Source: Octopus bimaculoides
Taxonomy: Eukaryota
Reading direction: 5' to 3'
Length of the DNA stretch: 64,000 nucleotides
Assembly (NCBI RefSeq): GCF_001194135.2
Contig: NC_069005.1
Location: 389,654 to 453,653, forward strand
Positions within the stretch are counted from its first letter, which is position 1. Every line of letters starts with the position of its first letter. The notes below the pieces were generated by a model, which saw nothing but the letters and a program-made list of their open reading frames with translations, had not been told where the DNA came from and did no database searches. Positions 13,400-28,000 of this stretch are shown in pieces. Both the position numbers and the translations under genes were made by a program.

Positions 13400-14290
13400 A
13401 CGTTCCCCTCACCCCTGCTGCATGTACACTGATCAACAGGAAGTGATGGTTCAGACAAAGTTCAACAGCCTGGCAGTGTGAACATAGGAACCCTCTCCCT
13501 TCTACTCTCGAGACTAATCCTGAACACTGATCAATGGTGATGGTCATGGTAGCGGGGGGTGGGGGTGGGTAAATACATTCAAAGATGTTGTTCCTCTGCT
13601 GTAGTTGATGTTGCACACCCCAGGCCAGAAAGTCTGATGTTGCAAGGGATACGTTTCAAGGTTGCATAAGTCTCTGGATGTGTGGAGGTGGTTTTCCATC
13701 GCAGTGACACAAACTGTGTAGGCTTGGGTGGGGGTGGGGGGGCCTTGCTACAATATAACAAAAAGAAAAAGAAAAACTGTGCCCTTGCATTTTCTGGGTG
13801 GTGGTATCTTCATACTTCGCTTGTGTCAGCATGGTATGTATGCAGCCTGTGTTATGATGATGCAATGTTCTGGGTTTTGTTGTAGAGAGAAAGGAAATGG
13901 AGAGATGGATCAGACAGGCAGAGAGCTTAGAGTGGCCCCAGTGTCTTATATGCCATTGATGTCTCTTTCTTTTGAACAAATGAGATAGCTGTGAAAACGG
14001 TAGATGTGGTTCTGCCATCATCAACTGCAGATCCTTTGTAGGGAAACAGTTGAAACTGTGGTAGGTGCACACTGTCAGGTAATTGATCCAATGAGAAGTG
14101 TGAGAAAGACTTAGGACCAGTTAAGGAGTCAGTAATGGTATTTCCTGGTCCCAAAGACCCGCTCTTTGACTGGAACCTTTCTTTCTTTTGCTGCAACATT
14201 TCAACCACAATTACACAATCATAGTGGAGAATGGCGAACAGCATTGAAGCTTTTGTGTTAGAAACAATAATTTGAGAAAAAGGCACACTT
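13400..14290 (-). mobile_element. Degraded RTE-clade LINE ORF2 3' part
   Basis: Across frames: ERFQ..., DDGR, KRKRH...RHW...KLSACL, and terminal FLCSHC..CLNH resembling the RTE C-terminal Zn-finger-like tail; many frameshifts. Confidence 0.5.
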
Positions 14291-17200
14291 CCTTACTACT
14301 AGTTACAACTTAATACAGATATAATTGCAATAATGGCAGAGAGAGAGAGAAAGAGCTGTAAAAGTAATGGGGGGGGGGTGAAGTGAGGTGGCTGAAATGA
14401 AAATTATGTAGAGTAACATTTAATGAGGACCCAACTCACATTTGTTATATGATCTGAAAAAGACATGAGTCATTGTTTTCCATGTGACTGGGTTTATGCT
14501 TCTGCACATCACCAACAGACGATGGATCAGTGTAAGGCACCGACTACAACTTAACACATTGCACACACAATTTGCTTGTGAGAAAAAACAATAAAATTAC
14601 ATATACGTAACTATGAATATATAAACTGAACCTGCCTGGCTTATGTGATTTGAGATCTAATAGAGACCCAAGCGGACAATAAAGCAAAAAAAAGAAGTGG
14701 CATCTAAAGTGTTGGTGGTTGGTGTTGGTTGAAAGATGGAAAGGTGCACAACAAAGAAAAAAAAAACAAAGAGATGTCTAGTTAGCTTCAAACATGTTTT
14801 TAGCATTTCAAATACATTTTTCATACTAGAACTGCTGAAGCACTTTTGACAAATCCAGACATTGCTTGATATATATTATTTTCCCCTACTGTTGAATATT
14901 GGTTGTCCAGCCGTTTCCTTCCCTAACCAAATTTCAATGCCATAAATCCTTCATAAAATAAACAGTATATTGCATAAAAAAAATATTAAGACAGGTGGAA
15001 AACCTTTCTCAATAAAACTAGCCTCTGATGCACAGAAAAGACTTTGATCCATCTGAGATTAACTGGAATGATTCAGGCATCTGATTCAAGACACAAGGAA
15101 ACGGAGTACAAATCTGGTTTGTAGAGAGAATACAGGCTGTAAGGATAAGCAGTGCCCTTCCCAACCGCAAGGTTTCAAGTTCGGTCCCACTGAATGGTAC
15201 TTTGGGCAAGTGTCTTTTATTATAACCCCTGGACTAACCAATGCCTGTCTATCAGATTCACACCTGATAGACAGAATCTGAAAGAGACCTCTGTGTGTGT
15301 GTGTGTCTGTACATTTGTGTTCCTCCAGCTAATCACTGGCACTCGAGTCATTGAAATACAATAGCTTTAAGAGTGAGTCAAACCCATCAGAGTTTTTAGA
15401 GACAGACAGGCAGACAGAATAAGGATCAATTCAGAATATCAAAATGGATTTCAAAACTGTAGTCCAACATCCTGAATGTGAAGTGGTAGTCGAAGAGATT
15501 ATGCAACATTCATGCATTTCTTGGTAGTCTTACAGGATGGACAGCTCTTCCTGATGAGCACACATTCCAAACAATCACTTCCTCGTTGCCTGTCAATGGC
15601 AAACTTATGTAGGAACTAATAACCTGCAGCCACCTATCCAACTCTGCCCACCACCACCACCAACCCTAACATTCAGTTTTATGAATGACAGTCAACATGG
15701 CCAAACAGCAATGGTGATGTTTGAGTTGATGACAAAAAGGTCCACATGGTTGGGAGGTGAGCTTCTCGACCACACGGCCAAGCATATACGTCATCACACA
15801 CGCACACTCAAGATCAGTTTCTCTTATTTTGTATAATGGCAAAATACGCATGATCAATGCAGAATCTCTGAGAGACAATACATTATGATTCATTTAGGTA
15901 GAATGAGAATTAATAATTTAGGGAAAAGGGATGGATGCCAGTTGCTGTTTAGCCCCAGGTAAACCAAGTGAGCTGACCTGTTATCAAAGAGTTCCAGCAT
16001 TGGACAGTTCCAGTAAATCAAAGACAATTCAATTCAATGTAACAAATTTTTTTTNNNNNNNNNNNNNNNNNNNNNNNNNNNNNNNNNNNNNNNNNNNNNN
16101 NNNNNNNNNNNNNNNNNNNNNNNNNNNNNNNNNNNNNNNNNNNNNNNNNNNNNNNNNNNNNNNNNNNNNNNNNNNNNNNNNNNNNNNNNNNNNNNNNNNN
16201 NNNNNNNNNNNNNNNNNNNNNNNNNNNNNNNNNNNNNNNNNNNNNNNNNNNNNNNNNNNNNNNNNNNNNNNNNNNNNNNNNNNNNNNNNNNNNNNNNNNN
16301 NNNNNNNNNNNNNGGGGGGGGGGGTAGAAAGAGAGAGAGAGTTTGGTCTCTTAAATTGAGTCCAGTACTTGACCAGTACTCATCGACCTCAGGACGAAAG
16401 GTAAAGTTGACCTCAGAATGTAATGGGTGCAAGCAAATACCACAAGGCACTCTCCTTGTAATAAGATCCCTGATAACGAGGTGGTAGTGTTTACAGTAAC
16501 ATTGTTAGTGTTGGTGAAGTGTGTTCTTAAGAGGACCAAGGCATCTTTAACAGATTGGATTCAAAATAATCGGCAATGTGTTCTCTCGTTTTAAGATGGC
16601 AAAATGATTCGGCTGCTATTTCCAGCAGGTCGAATGACTATAGAGGCTTCCCCACTTGGCCCATGACGATTATTTAGTGGCAGTGAGGCTGCAACAGTTA
16701 CAGTAATAGAGACAGGGAGGCTGTAGCAGTAGTATGTGGCAGTGGTGGGGAGGGAGCAGTATATTGTGTTTAATGAGGGCGGCGGTGGTGGTGGTGGTGG
16801 AGGAACAGTAGCCATAATGTTTTAGCAATATCAATAATGCTGGCAGTGTCAATAATTGTGGTAGAGATATGGATGAAAGCAGCAGCAATGTCATTAGTGA
16901 TTATTTATAATGGAGGAGAATGATAATAGCAGAGAGGGTAGCCATGTTAGACAGGTAAGAATAATAGAGGAGGAGGAGGTAGTAATGTTTATAGGAATGG
17001 CAGTATGGAGAGGTGGGGGGGGGGGGATCTTGGCAGGAATAAATTATATATTTGAATAAAACAAGTTTTATTTTTAACATAAGAGGTAAATATTTCTTTT
17101 ATANNNNNNNNNNNNNNNNNNNNNNNNNNNNNNNNNNNNNNNNNNNNNNNNNNNNNNNNNNNNNNNNNNNNNNNNNNNNNNNNNNNNNNNNNNNNNNNNN

Positions 17201-17703
17201 NNNNNNNNNNNNNNNNNNNNNNNNNNNNNNNNNNNNNNNNNNNNNNNNNNNNNNNNNNNNNNNNNNNNNNNNNNNNNNNNNNNNNNNNNNNNNNNNNNNN
17301 NNNNNNNNNNNNNNNNNNNNNNNNNNNNNNNNNNNNNNNNNNNNNNNNNNNNNNNNNNNNNNNNNNNNNNNNNNNNNNNNNNNNNNNNNNNNNNNNNNNN
17401 NNNNNNNNNNNNNNNNNNNNNNNNNNNNNNNNNNNNNNNNNNNNNNNNNNNNNNNNNNNNNNNNNNNNNNNNNNNNNNNNNNNNNNNNNNNNNNNNNNNN
17501 NNNNNNNNNNNNNNNNNNNNNNNNNNNNNNNNNNNNNNNNNNNNNNNNNNNNNNNNNNNNNNNNNNNNNNNNNNNNNNNNNNNNNNNNNNNNNNNNNNNN
17601 NNNNNNNNNNNNNNNNNNNNNNNNNNNNNNNNNNNNNNNNNNNNNNNNNNNNNNNNNNNNNNNNNNNNNNNNNNNNNNNNNNNNNNNNNNNNNNNNNNNN
17701 NNN

Positions 17704-17742
<39 letters not shown>

Positions 17743-18389
17743 GAATTTGTTTGGGGGTTTGAAAATGCACCTGAATCTAAAAAAACGTGTGGTCATTTTT
17801 AAATAGATTTATTCAGATATCAAACTAGTTTTGACAAGATTTTGTTTATCAATGGTAAAAATATCTTTAAAAAAATGGAGAGGTAAAAATTGGACAAACA
17901 TGTTTAAACCATCAAATGTTTACAAAAAATTTAAATGAGTTTCAGGTTGTAATATCAATGTAAATGTTTGGTGAAGATCATAACAAATATATATTATTGA
18001 AAGTTCAAGTCATATTGAGTGTTTATAAATAAAAAAAAAGAGAAAAAGGTGAAGCAGACACATATTCATATATGTGTGTGTGCGTGCATATAAACCCTGA
18101 TTTGAGTTCCGTATATATTTCCAAATATGATAATAACTATGCCAAAATATATTCAAAACATTTCTTTTTCCCTTGAAAATATTATACTATAACCCCCCCC
18201 CACTGACTACTATATGTAGATACTAGTAACCAAGTGCAAATCAGGTTATATCTAGTAAATAGCTTCATCAGATATGTCATCCAAGTTTCTATCATTGGTT
18301 CACGTCCTCACTTTATGTTACCAACTGAGCTAGATTTCTGATCTGAATCAGAAAAGATCAATGTTATTATTATTATGGGAACATACTCC

Positions 18390-18723
18390 AATTTCAAACC
18401 TGGGTTCTCATTCCTAAGGTATTTTTCGATGTTGTTATTATTATTATTATTATTATTATTCAGGTCACTGCCTGGAATCGAACTCGGAATCTTGGGGTTA
18501 ATAGCCCATGCTCTTAACCACTACGCCATATGCCCATGATGGCATAGTGTAGATGTAGAGACTCAGCCCATGGGCATATGACGTAGTGGTTAAGAGCACG
18601 GGCTACAAACCCCAAGATTCCAAGTTCGATTCCAGGCAGTGACCTGAATAATAATAATAACAATAATATTAATAATAACAACATCAAAAAATACCTTAGG
18701 AATGAGAATCCAGGTTTGAAATT
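18390..18723. repeat. Inverted pair of tRNA-headed SINEs (arms 18390-18538 and 18569-18723, 30-nt spacer)
   Basis: Arms are reverse complements with about 7 substitutions outside the (ATT)n tract. The right copy starts GGGCATATGACGTAGTGGTTAAGAGC...GTTCGATTCC (A/B-box-like) and continues to about 18845. Confidence 0.9.
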
Positions 18724-21700
18724 TCCCCAAGACACCTGATGAAGGCTGGAGGGTATATCAACCGACAAACAAGATGAGGACAAATATCCGTCAACTGTAA
18801 ATAATGTGCATAATTCCTCATCTCTTAAATATAGAACTGTATTATTCATATGCATTTGACGGTTACAACATTTAGCTCTTTAGAATGGCAGGCACTCTGC
18901 AAACCACTAAAGTTGATGGGAAAGTTAGACACTACTGCCCTCAGCAAAATAACCAAGTTTTTTTTTGGGGGGGGGGGTTTTGTTATGGACCCAGAAACTC
19001 AAATGATGGAGGATTCAAAGATAATCAGTGTCAATGAACATGAAGTGTTTCATTAAAGAAACCAAGGACAGCTCACCAAAAGCACAGGGTCCCACACTAC
19101 TAGGGTTATCTCATACTTTGCATAACAGAAAAGCACTGCAGCTTTATGTTTCAAATTTAAGCACAAAGCCAGCAATTGAGGGGCGGGGATGTTGGTGGAT
19201 ATCATCAACCTCTGTATTCGACCAGTCTTTTGCCTTTTATTTCAGGCTCAATAAGACTAAGTTGACTTCAGCCAAAAGACACATTCAAGGCATTTTTCCA
19301 ATGCTCGAACAATTCTGACCAGCTGCCACGTTTAATAAGGATTTCTTATTCAGGCACAAGGCCAGCAATTCTTGATGGGAAGGGGACAGTCAATACCACA
19401 TATATTTGACTGGGGTTATTTTATAAAAACCTGCTAAGATTTGAACTCTGAAACTAAAAAGCAAGAAGAAACAATGCAAAACAATTCTTGCAATGTTTTA
19501 ACGATTCCACCAACTTGCCACTTTATATAACAGTTCCAAATTACGGAACAAGGCCAGAAAGTTTAGGAGGAAGCATCACATCAAACCCAACACTCAACTA
19601 GTTTTTCATTTTAAAACCAAAAAGGATGAAAGGCAAAGTTGACCTTGGCAGCAGGACTAATAATTCTTTCAAATTTTGGCACAAGGTCAGCAAATTTTTT
19701 TTTGGGGGGGGGAGCCAAATACATCACCCCCACCAGTACATGACTGGTTATTTTATCTTATCAATCCCCATAAAGATGAAAGGCAAAGTTGACCTCAGAA
19801 TAATAACAAATCGTTATAATTAATATTTTTAAAGAGCAAACTAAAAGCCGAAGACTAATCTTTTCCAGCAGAATCGAGGCTACCAACGAAAACGGTTTGA
19901 CAAACTGCACTAGGCACTGAAATTATTCAGGATGATAAGGAATGGATTAATGCCACCACACAGTGATAAATATCAAAGTCAATCCCAGCAACACCTGAAT
20001 TCAGAACAGTAAGACATTGGAAATTGAATATTGCAACATATCTTAATCCGGATTACTATTAACTCTCACTGACTAACAATAATATCTTACATAAGCTGAA
20101 GAGAGAACCTGTGTGGCTGTTTGATGTGCTAGATATAGCAGCCAAAATAATACTAATATAATTTAAGGCCATCTTAAAGATAAGCTATGAATAATAAATA
20201 AAATAAATTAAAAAATACAATAATGGATTCAGGTATGGTTGTGTGGCTAAGAATTTTGCTTCACAGCAAAATGGTTTCAGGTTCAGTCCCACTACATGAC
20301 ACCTTGGCCATTTTCTACTGTAGCCCCAAGCGAACCAAAGCTTTGTGAGTACATCTGGTCGAAAGAAATTGAAAAAAAGCCTGCTGTGAGTGTGGGAGGG
20401 GTTCTCCTTGTCTTCACGTTATGTGATAATTGTAAATGAGTGTCGATATGTGATGTTTGTTTCCAGCCTTCATTAGAAAATATGTCAAACTATACTTTGC
20501 TTAGAAACAGGTGAGGGTTGGTGATAGGAAAGGCATCCAACTATCAAAAAAAAAACTTTGCCACAATAAACTTCATTTAACCCATGCAAGTAGACATTAT
20601 AATGGTCATGGGTCTGGGACATGTTTGATCAAGGATGACCAAATGACCACATTTGTTAGAAAGGGAAATACAGAGTCCAACTTCATGCCCAGCAGACAAT
20701 TGGTCAGTATTTTAAGTTCAGAAGAATAGAAAATTGACCACAACAGTATTTGGACTTAAGATGAAGACAGGTAAAGCTGAATCAAATCAAAAAGTAATCC
20801 AGGAATTTTTTTTGTCACACATCTATGTTAAAAAAAATAAAATAGCATGTCACTTCAGATTATGCATACACGTATACCTAAACATTTACCAGCATACATA
20901 CATCTTTGAATACCTACATCAATATACAGATACACAATATGTATTAATATAAACATGTCCATGGAATATATAGAGATGTACAGGTACATATAAACAAATG
21001 TTTCTACAGCAATGCCTCAATATACAAGTTAATTCATTCCTGGAGAATACTCGTAAAGCAAAAACTCATAAACAGAAAATAAAACTTGTAAAAACTCATA
21101 TATTTGGAGTCTCATAAAGCTGGGTCCTCATAATGTGAGGTATTACTGTACATACATATGGATATGTATGTAGATACATGTATACATATGTACAATTACA
21201 CCAGTACGTCCCTAACTCCTCCATATAACTGCATCTAGTTTGTCAGTTGCTTTGTTGATGTTCATAATGATTATAGACAATGCATTGGTTTAAGTAGAGG
21301 GATAAGCTATCCACATGAAAAATTTGGAAACATTTGACATCAATAAGAATCTGATAATATCTGACTGTAATAAAGATTTTCATCCATGTGCACATTATAT
21401 ATATATATATATATATATATACTTATGTAGGTAGCAAACTGCGTCCTCTTGAAGCACATCTGTTTATTCCGCTATTACAATCCAGTATGTAGATGCTGTT
21501 GTTGTTGTGAGGTACATATTAGAGTTGGAAATTCTGGAAATGTCATTTGCAGAGTTATTATATAACACAACAGGAAGTTGGACAAATTTTTGGTTTTATT
21601 TATTCACCATTACACCTGTTTCATTTGTTAATAGGAATTACAAAGTTTTACAGGTTAGGTAAACATGTAAGAAAGTTCCTGATAAAAATTCTTTAGCCAG

Positions 21701-21963
21701 GGAATCAAATAATTATTTAATTCTCTGTTTGACGAATTTCTAATCAGAAATATCTTAAATGTTTTGTACGACATGTACAATTTTGTAACTCTTATTAGCA
21801 AATGAAGTATGTAATGGCGAAAAAACACTTCCTATTGAGTGCTACTTCCTAACAAAAGTAGCACTCAATACAGATGGAACTGTATGAGTAACAGGTGGAC
21901 TTGGCTCCTTGTGTTACTTAAGGTTTCATGGAAATGAAAGGATATCCATCTCAGACATTCACA

Positions 21964-22000
<37 letters not shown>

Positions 22001-25000
22001 TTATAGTACACAAGAAATAGGTGCAAGTATGCACTCGTATACAAACTACACACATACACGCACACGCAATTGCCATGTAATATGAAAGAAACTGAACAAA
22101 CACAAGTGACTGTTTAAAAAATAGAAATTACAATCGCTGTGATAGTGAGTAGCTTTGAGAAGGGCGTGGAGCTAGAAAATAATTGTTGGAAAAGGAATGT
22201 AAGTAGAAATGTTTGTGCAAGAACCCCCCATCCTGATAAGACCATATCAGTATCCCAGAAAAACTGAAAAAATATTTGTCCTTTTACAAAGTTACTACCA
22301 TGAAGTAACTTTCGGTTAGCTTGTCTGTATGGAAGGGGGGGGGGTGAAGATACAAGAATTAAAGAGCTTCGAAGAAATCTGTTCACTCTTTTTCAAGGCA
22401 ATAACACATCTCTCACACACACACACACACACACACAACACTACATGAAAAGAAGAAAAAAAAAAGAACTTTTATATAGTCTGTATGAAGCGTTATCTTT
22501 CGCCCCTTCCACCACCACAGCCCTGTGAACATCTCTGAACAAATAACCTGGAATCCAGCAGACTAAACGGAAACTGCCTTCCTCTGTGCCGACAGGCAGT
22601 TGTTCCGATGCAGGTTATTTGTGATTAGGTTCATTTTCTTTCCCTTCTTTTTTGCCTACAAAAACCTTTCACAATTCTCAATCAGTGAAAATCCAATTAA
22701 CAACACTCCCTCCTCCCATCCCAAATTTCTAATAAGATTCAATTTATACAGAAACTCATGTGTAGAAGCACTTTGTACAGAGAAGATTCAAAACTTTAGG
22801 AACCTTTTTTCTATTTTCTTGTTATAATTCTTTTTCTGATCAATGATTTGTATTTATGTTCTTTGGTACTTACTAGAACAGTACTCATCAAGAATGACAG
22901 CTTATTTCTGCTGCCTGTCACTAAGTCTTAACCCTTTTGTTATCAAATTTCTATTGAATTGCATTGATTTTATTTCGATTAATTTTAAAAATAAGGGAAA
23001 TTTGGTAAAATAGCAGTTATTATTATTAAGCTGATATTTGGAAGACAAACATAAAATTTTGAAGGAAGATTTTAACTTAGATCACATTAAACAGGAAGTT
23101 TATATCACAGACCCAAAAGTAGTCTTAGGCAGGTTTGTCCCAAAAGGGGCAGTATTTTTGCTTCAAGCCTTAATCCATTTTCTTTTCACACACACACACC
23201 CCTCTTTACCTTTCTCAAAGTCTCCCCCACTCTTCATTCCCAACAACTCCCCATTCCATCCAATGACAATTTCACAAGTCATACCAGTCTCTCTCTCTCT
23301 CTCTATACACACACACCTCTGTTATTCTATCATCTTTCCCCCTCCCCCCACCTCTTACACTATATCTTTCCCTCAATCTTCCCTCTACATTTCACTGCTT
23401 ACCTGATTGTCGTTCTCTATCAATCTCTTACCTCACTACCTACCCCTCTGCCTACCATTATACTTTGTCTTCCACCCTTTTAATGCAGTCACTGCTTTCT
23501 CCTTCCAGCAGATGGCAACACCAACAAAACAGACACATGGTTATACATGTTAAGAATAGTTATGCAAGACAAAGAACAGACCAAAGATGAAGCGTGATCT
23601 TTATTTTTTTTTTTCTCTTTTTAAGCAGTCCCCCCCCCCCTCTTTAGCTTTAAAGTCTTCAGCTTGTAATAAACACCAGTCATTACTATAATGCAACAAG
23701 TAAACGGAGGTAGACCAGTTGCCGTTGGTCACATGCTGCACAAGAGAGCTGAGAGAAGACAGTTGTATCAATCAAGTTCTGCTCTCAACTGGTGTTGTAT
23801 TGATTATTTTGCCAAAAGATTCATTGCTGATTCCGTGTACTTTAGCCACGAGATCACATCTCTCTTAATGGCAAATCATAGTAAAACCCCAAGCAACACT
23901 GATGGTAAGGCTGGACAACGATCTGTTGTCGCCTCTAAGCTAATGAAGAATGAGCTAATGAGTCATTTGATGCCAGAAATAACAACGGTCTTAGATATTG
24001 ATGGATATAAAGATAATATCCTTAACAAGACGAGACAGTCACGGTTAGAATGTCAGTCAAACTATGGAAAAATCACTGAAAACAAAGAAATTTAAATATC
24101 TCGGCTTCGTGGCTGACATATATGTCACTTCCTTTTAGAGAACATTTCGTAACTTTGGGTGAAAATTGATCCATGACAACAACGTTTTGGGTGTTCCTTC
24201 GGGTCATGTGACTTAGCTTTTCAACAAAGCACCCGAATGACATGAGTACTGGGGTTTGTACAATCGACTAAAATCTCTAAAGATGATGCCCCAGCATGGC
24301 CGCAGTCCAGTAATCAACATTTTGGCACAAGGCCAGCAATTTTAAGCAAGGTAAGTGGTAAGTCGATTATATCGACCTCGATATTTGACTGCTACTTTAT
24401 CAATCCTGAAAGGACGAAAGGCAAAGTTGAACTCGGCGGAATTTTAGCACAGATCATCAAGAACAGGGAGACATTTTGCTAAGCATTTTGTTCGACGCGC
24501 TAACGATTCTGCCAGCTCACCTTCAGTAAAATACAGCTATACATATTCGAAGAAAATCTAAGGAATATTCCAAGAAAAAGACCTTGAAAAACAAAAAATC
24601 AAATCAAAACCCTCTTATTTCCACAATACCAATGGGCAAAATTACGAATTTATCTCGTATCTAAAACGTACCTCAAATCCTTGCCATATGCTACATTTCC
24701 ATCACTAAAGTTCATTTTCTTTCATAAATGCCAAGCTTCAAGAACTCAGTAGCAAAACAACGGAACAAGCACTTTCTTTAGTTCATCATTGACGTTAGTG
24801 CTTTAAATACGTTGGGGGGGGGGGGCGACAAACACGCACTTAACGTTACATAACTAAAATCACCCCCCAACTATTTCTCCCCATAACTTTCTTTAAAATG
24901 CAGATTTTTAGTTAAATTTTCCGGAAACATGTTTGAGAATATAGAATACGATCATCTTGATAAAACTGAAAGAAAAATTCTCTGGGGAAATTTCGTTGAA

Positions 25001-28000
25001 AAAAAATGTATTTTTAAGGAAGTTTGGGGAAAAGAAAATCAGAGAGAGGGTACACATCTCCAGCTACGCCCTATATGTTATCCCAGGCATTATGACTACA
25101 TCAATTAAAGGGTTTAGCATATTAAATTAAGCAGATCTATAACTGGTATTTACTGGTCAGATGGCGATAGTCAGATATTTAATCCAAAACTTATCTCTCA
25201 CTAGAAAAAAAAACTATTAAAGCAACTACTACTCCCTTACAACTTTGTTCCAAAGTGGGATGTCACAGGGTAGCAAAAGCAAATAAGCATTCCTCAAATG
25301 ACGGGTTCAAACCTTGCCATGGTTGACTTTGCGCATTGTTCAATAAAGACATCGATAATAAACGAGATAAATATGATCTATAGGACTTAGAACTAGAATT
25401 TGGGGAGACGGTAGCACCGAATGTATTGATTAAATAATGACTACAAGTAGGTGTTTGAGAGGAACTTCTCGGCAGAGAGACGTAAACGAGTGAACAGGTA
25501 AAAGTTGCGGGGGCGAGATTAGCTGACGACTTTGTGAAGATTATCGATCAAGGAAGGGAAATGAGGAGGTTTTGGGATCAAATTTGATGATCGAAGTATT
25601 AAAAACAGGAACAGGTTAAAAGTTATGAAATAAAATCTTCATTGTTATTTAAATAAGAAAAGGAGTGGAGTAAAGGGTTAAAAGAAAGAAAGAAAGAAAG
25701 AGAAGGAGCTGAATAAGATCGGAAAGAAGTTGGTGGGGGTGGGGTGAGAGATTAGTGTAAATAACAAGATCGAGGGGAAATCTGAAGGAAAACGGAGGAG
25801 TACAGGGTGAGAGAAAAAGAAAAACAACACAGGTTTCAAAATTAAGACAACAAGAGAACAGGTATGCGCTTAGTGTGTGTGTGTGTATATATATGCATGG
25901 CCATATTGCATAACTCCTGTTTTACCCTGGTCTTTTTCACTCCATTTTATAATATACCCACAGTGACCTATACAGATTAGAATATACACCCTCACAGACA
26001 ATACACATATACACCCACTCAGTTCAGTAACATTGAGTAAGAGAGGTTCATTCATTCGAAACGTTTGTATTCAATGTCAGCATTTGGTTTCTAGTGTCTA
26101 TCACATTTATATCCACACACACACACACACACAAACAAACAAAGTGAATAAAACTACAACAGATGTTAAAAGCACCAAACACATTCAAGGCAGGAAGCGG
26201 TGTTTAAAAAAAAACACACAGACTAAGAAATATTTGTCCGGCGAAGAAGCTATTAGTCATTGAGTCTTGTAAAGTCGTTTAGTTCTTCTCCACTGGAAGT
26301 ACTCCCCCCCCTCACACACACAATGTAAATAAGGTCGGAAAGAAGAGTTCGATCCGACATCAACCAATAACCTGGACATTTTCTCCCTATACGACCAATT
26401 TGTATGTATTTTACAGAACTAATTAGTCTAACCACCAATATCGAAATTGTAGCATTCTTTCGGTAAAAATGTTATATTTGTCAATTGTTTTTTGAGAGAG
26501 GACGAACCGTGTGAAGCCGGCGAAATTTTGGAATATCTTATCACCACCTCATGGAGAAAAGACAAAGAATTGAATGGATTTTATTTCCCTTTCAAAGTGG
26601 GGTTTTTTTTTGGGGGGGGGTCAAGTATTCCTGGGCTTTTATACAAGAATTACGAGTGAAGGAATTTTCTTCCAAATATTTCATACTTTTTTGCTAAATT
26701 TTTGCCAGTCAATTCTGAACCCTTTTCTTCACGAGTTGCTAATAGTTATGTCAAAACAATCCTTCCCAAACCATTATCAAGTCACTATTGGGGGTACAAT
26801 AGCAGGTGACTGACTAGGAACACAGCACAATAATGATGGAACGAGTTATACAACACATCCGTCATCGTGTCCGACACAAAGCGTAGACGAGAGATAGATA
26901 ATTTATAGCCATGTCTGTATGTATTCGTTTCGTCAAACTGATTTCGTTTTTTACATAAACTCTGAAGCTCTTCCAACATCTGACATGTTGAATACAAATG
27001 ACATACCTAATTTAAATGTCCAACATAATAACTTGGCAACATAAAACATCTCGAAAACAAATGTTTAAAAAATATATTTTACCTAGGAATCAACTCATTT
27101 GACCTTCCTAGTTTCAATAGTTTGAGATATCAAAATTAATAGGCAATCTAGTGCCAAACCAATATCAAATTGTAAGTTGTTTGAAAGAAGGAAGGGTGTG
27201 TGTGTCAGATGAGAATATAGGTTGGAGGCGTCGAAAGTGTCCCTCATTAGTTTATTTGTAGCAGCTGTATGAGAGAAGGACTAGGTTGGGGTTTTTAGTG
27301 TCGGGATTGATACAAAAACATAAGGTGAAGGTAGTTTATCAACGTTGGATTCGATGGGACAGTATAAAAGCAAGCAATATATTTCGATCAGTTGAGCGTC
27401 GAACAAAATGCTTTGGCAGTAGTTGTGGCCCTTTAATATTCAGTGTTCAAATTCCGTCGAAGTTATTCTTTTGGGATCAATAAAAAATAAGGTAACAGTC
27501 AAGTACTGGAATCGATATGAATACACTGGGCACCTCTAGAGAGGTGCGTGGGTTAGAAACGAAATACTTAGGAAGGGTGGATATAATCATTTCAGACACA
27601 TTTCTATCACTTCACTCATTCAGAGAACATTCAGAAAGTTATGAGGAAACGAAATATCGGAAGGAGGTGAACGCAACTAATTGACAAATATAGAAAAGTG
27701 AGAGGGAAAAAAAAAGTAATGCTACCATGAGCAGCAGTGAACACTGTATGTATATTTATGCGTGTGTGTATATACACACACTATATTAAATTCCAAGTCC
27801 CTCGAACATTACCTATCACTTAGCAATACTCGATATCGGTCTATACACCTAAATATCGACATACATCTGATCACAAGTATAGATAAAAACATACAGGTAA
27901 ATCTGACAGGCGTAGACACAAGATCACACACAAACGCACCTTAACCAAATATCTAAAACGTGATGAATACAGGAACACCAATTTAATACCAACACCGACA

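Noticed and set aside
16580-17030. Pro-rich ORF from GGT/GGA-rich sequence
   Set aside because: Low-complexity repeat between two gaps; no splice or homology support.
18571-18645. tRNA-like sequence
   Set aside because: SINE head: poor acceptor stem pairing and followed by a SINE body; not called a tRNA gene.
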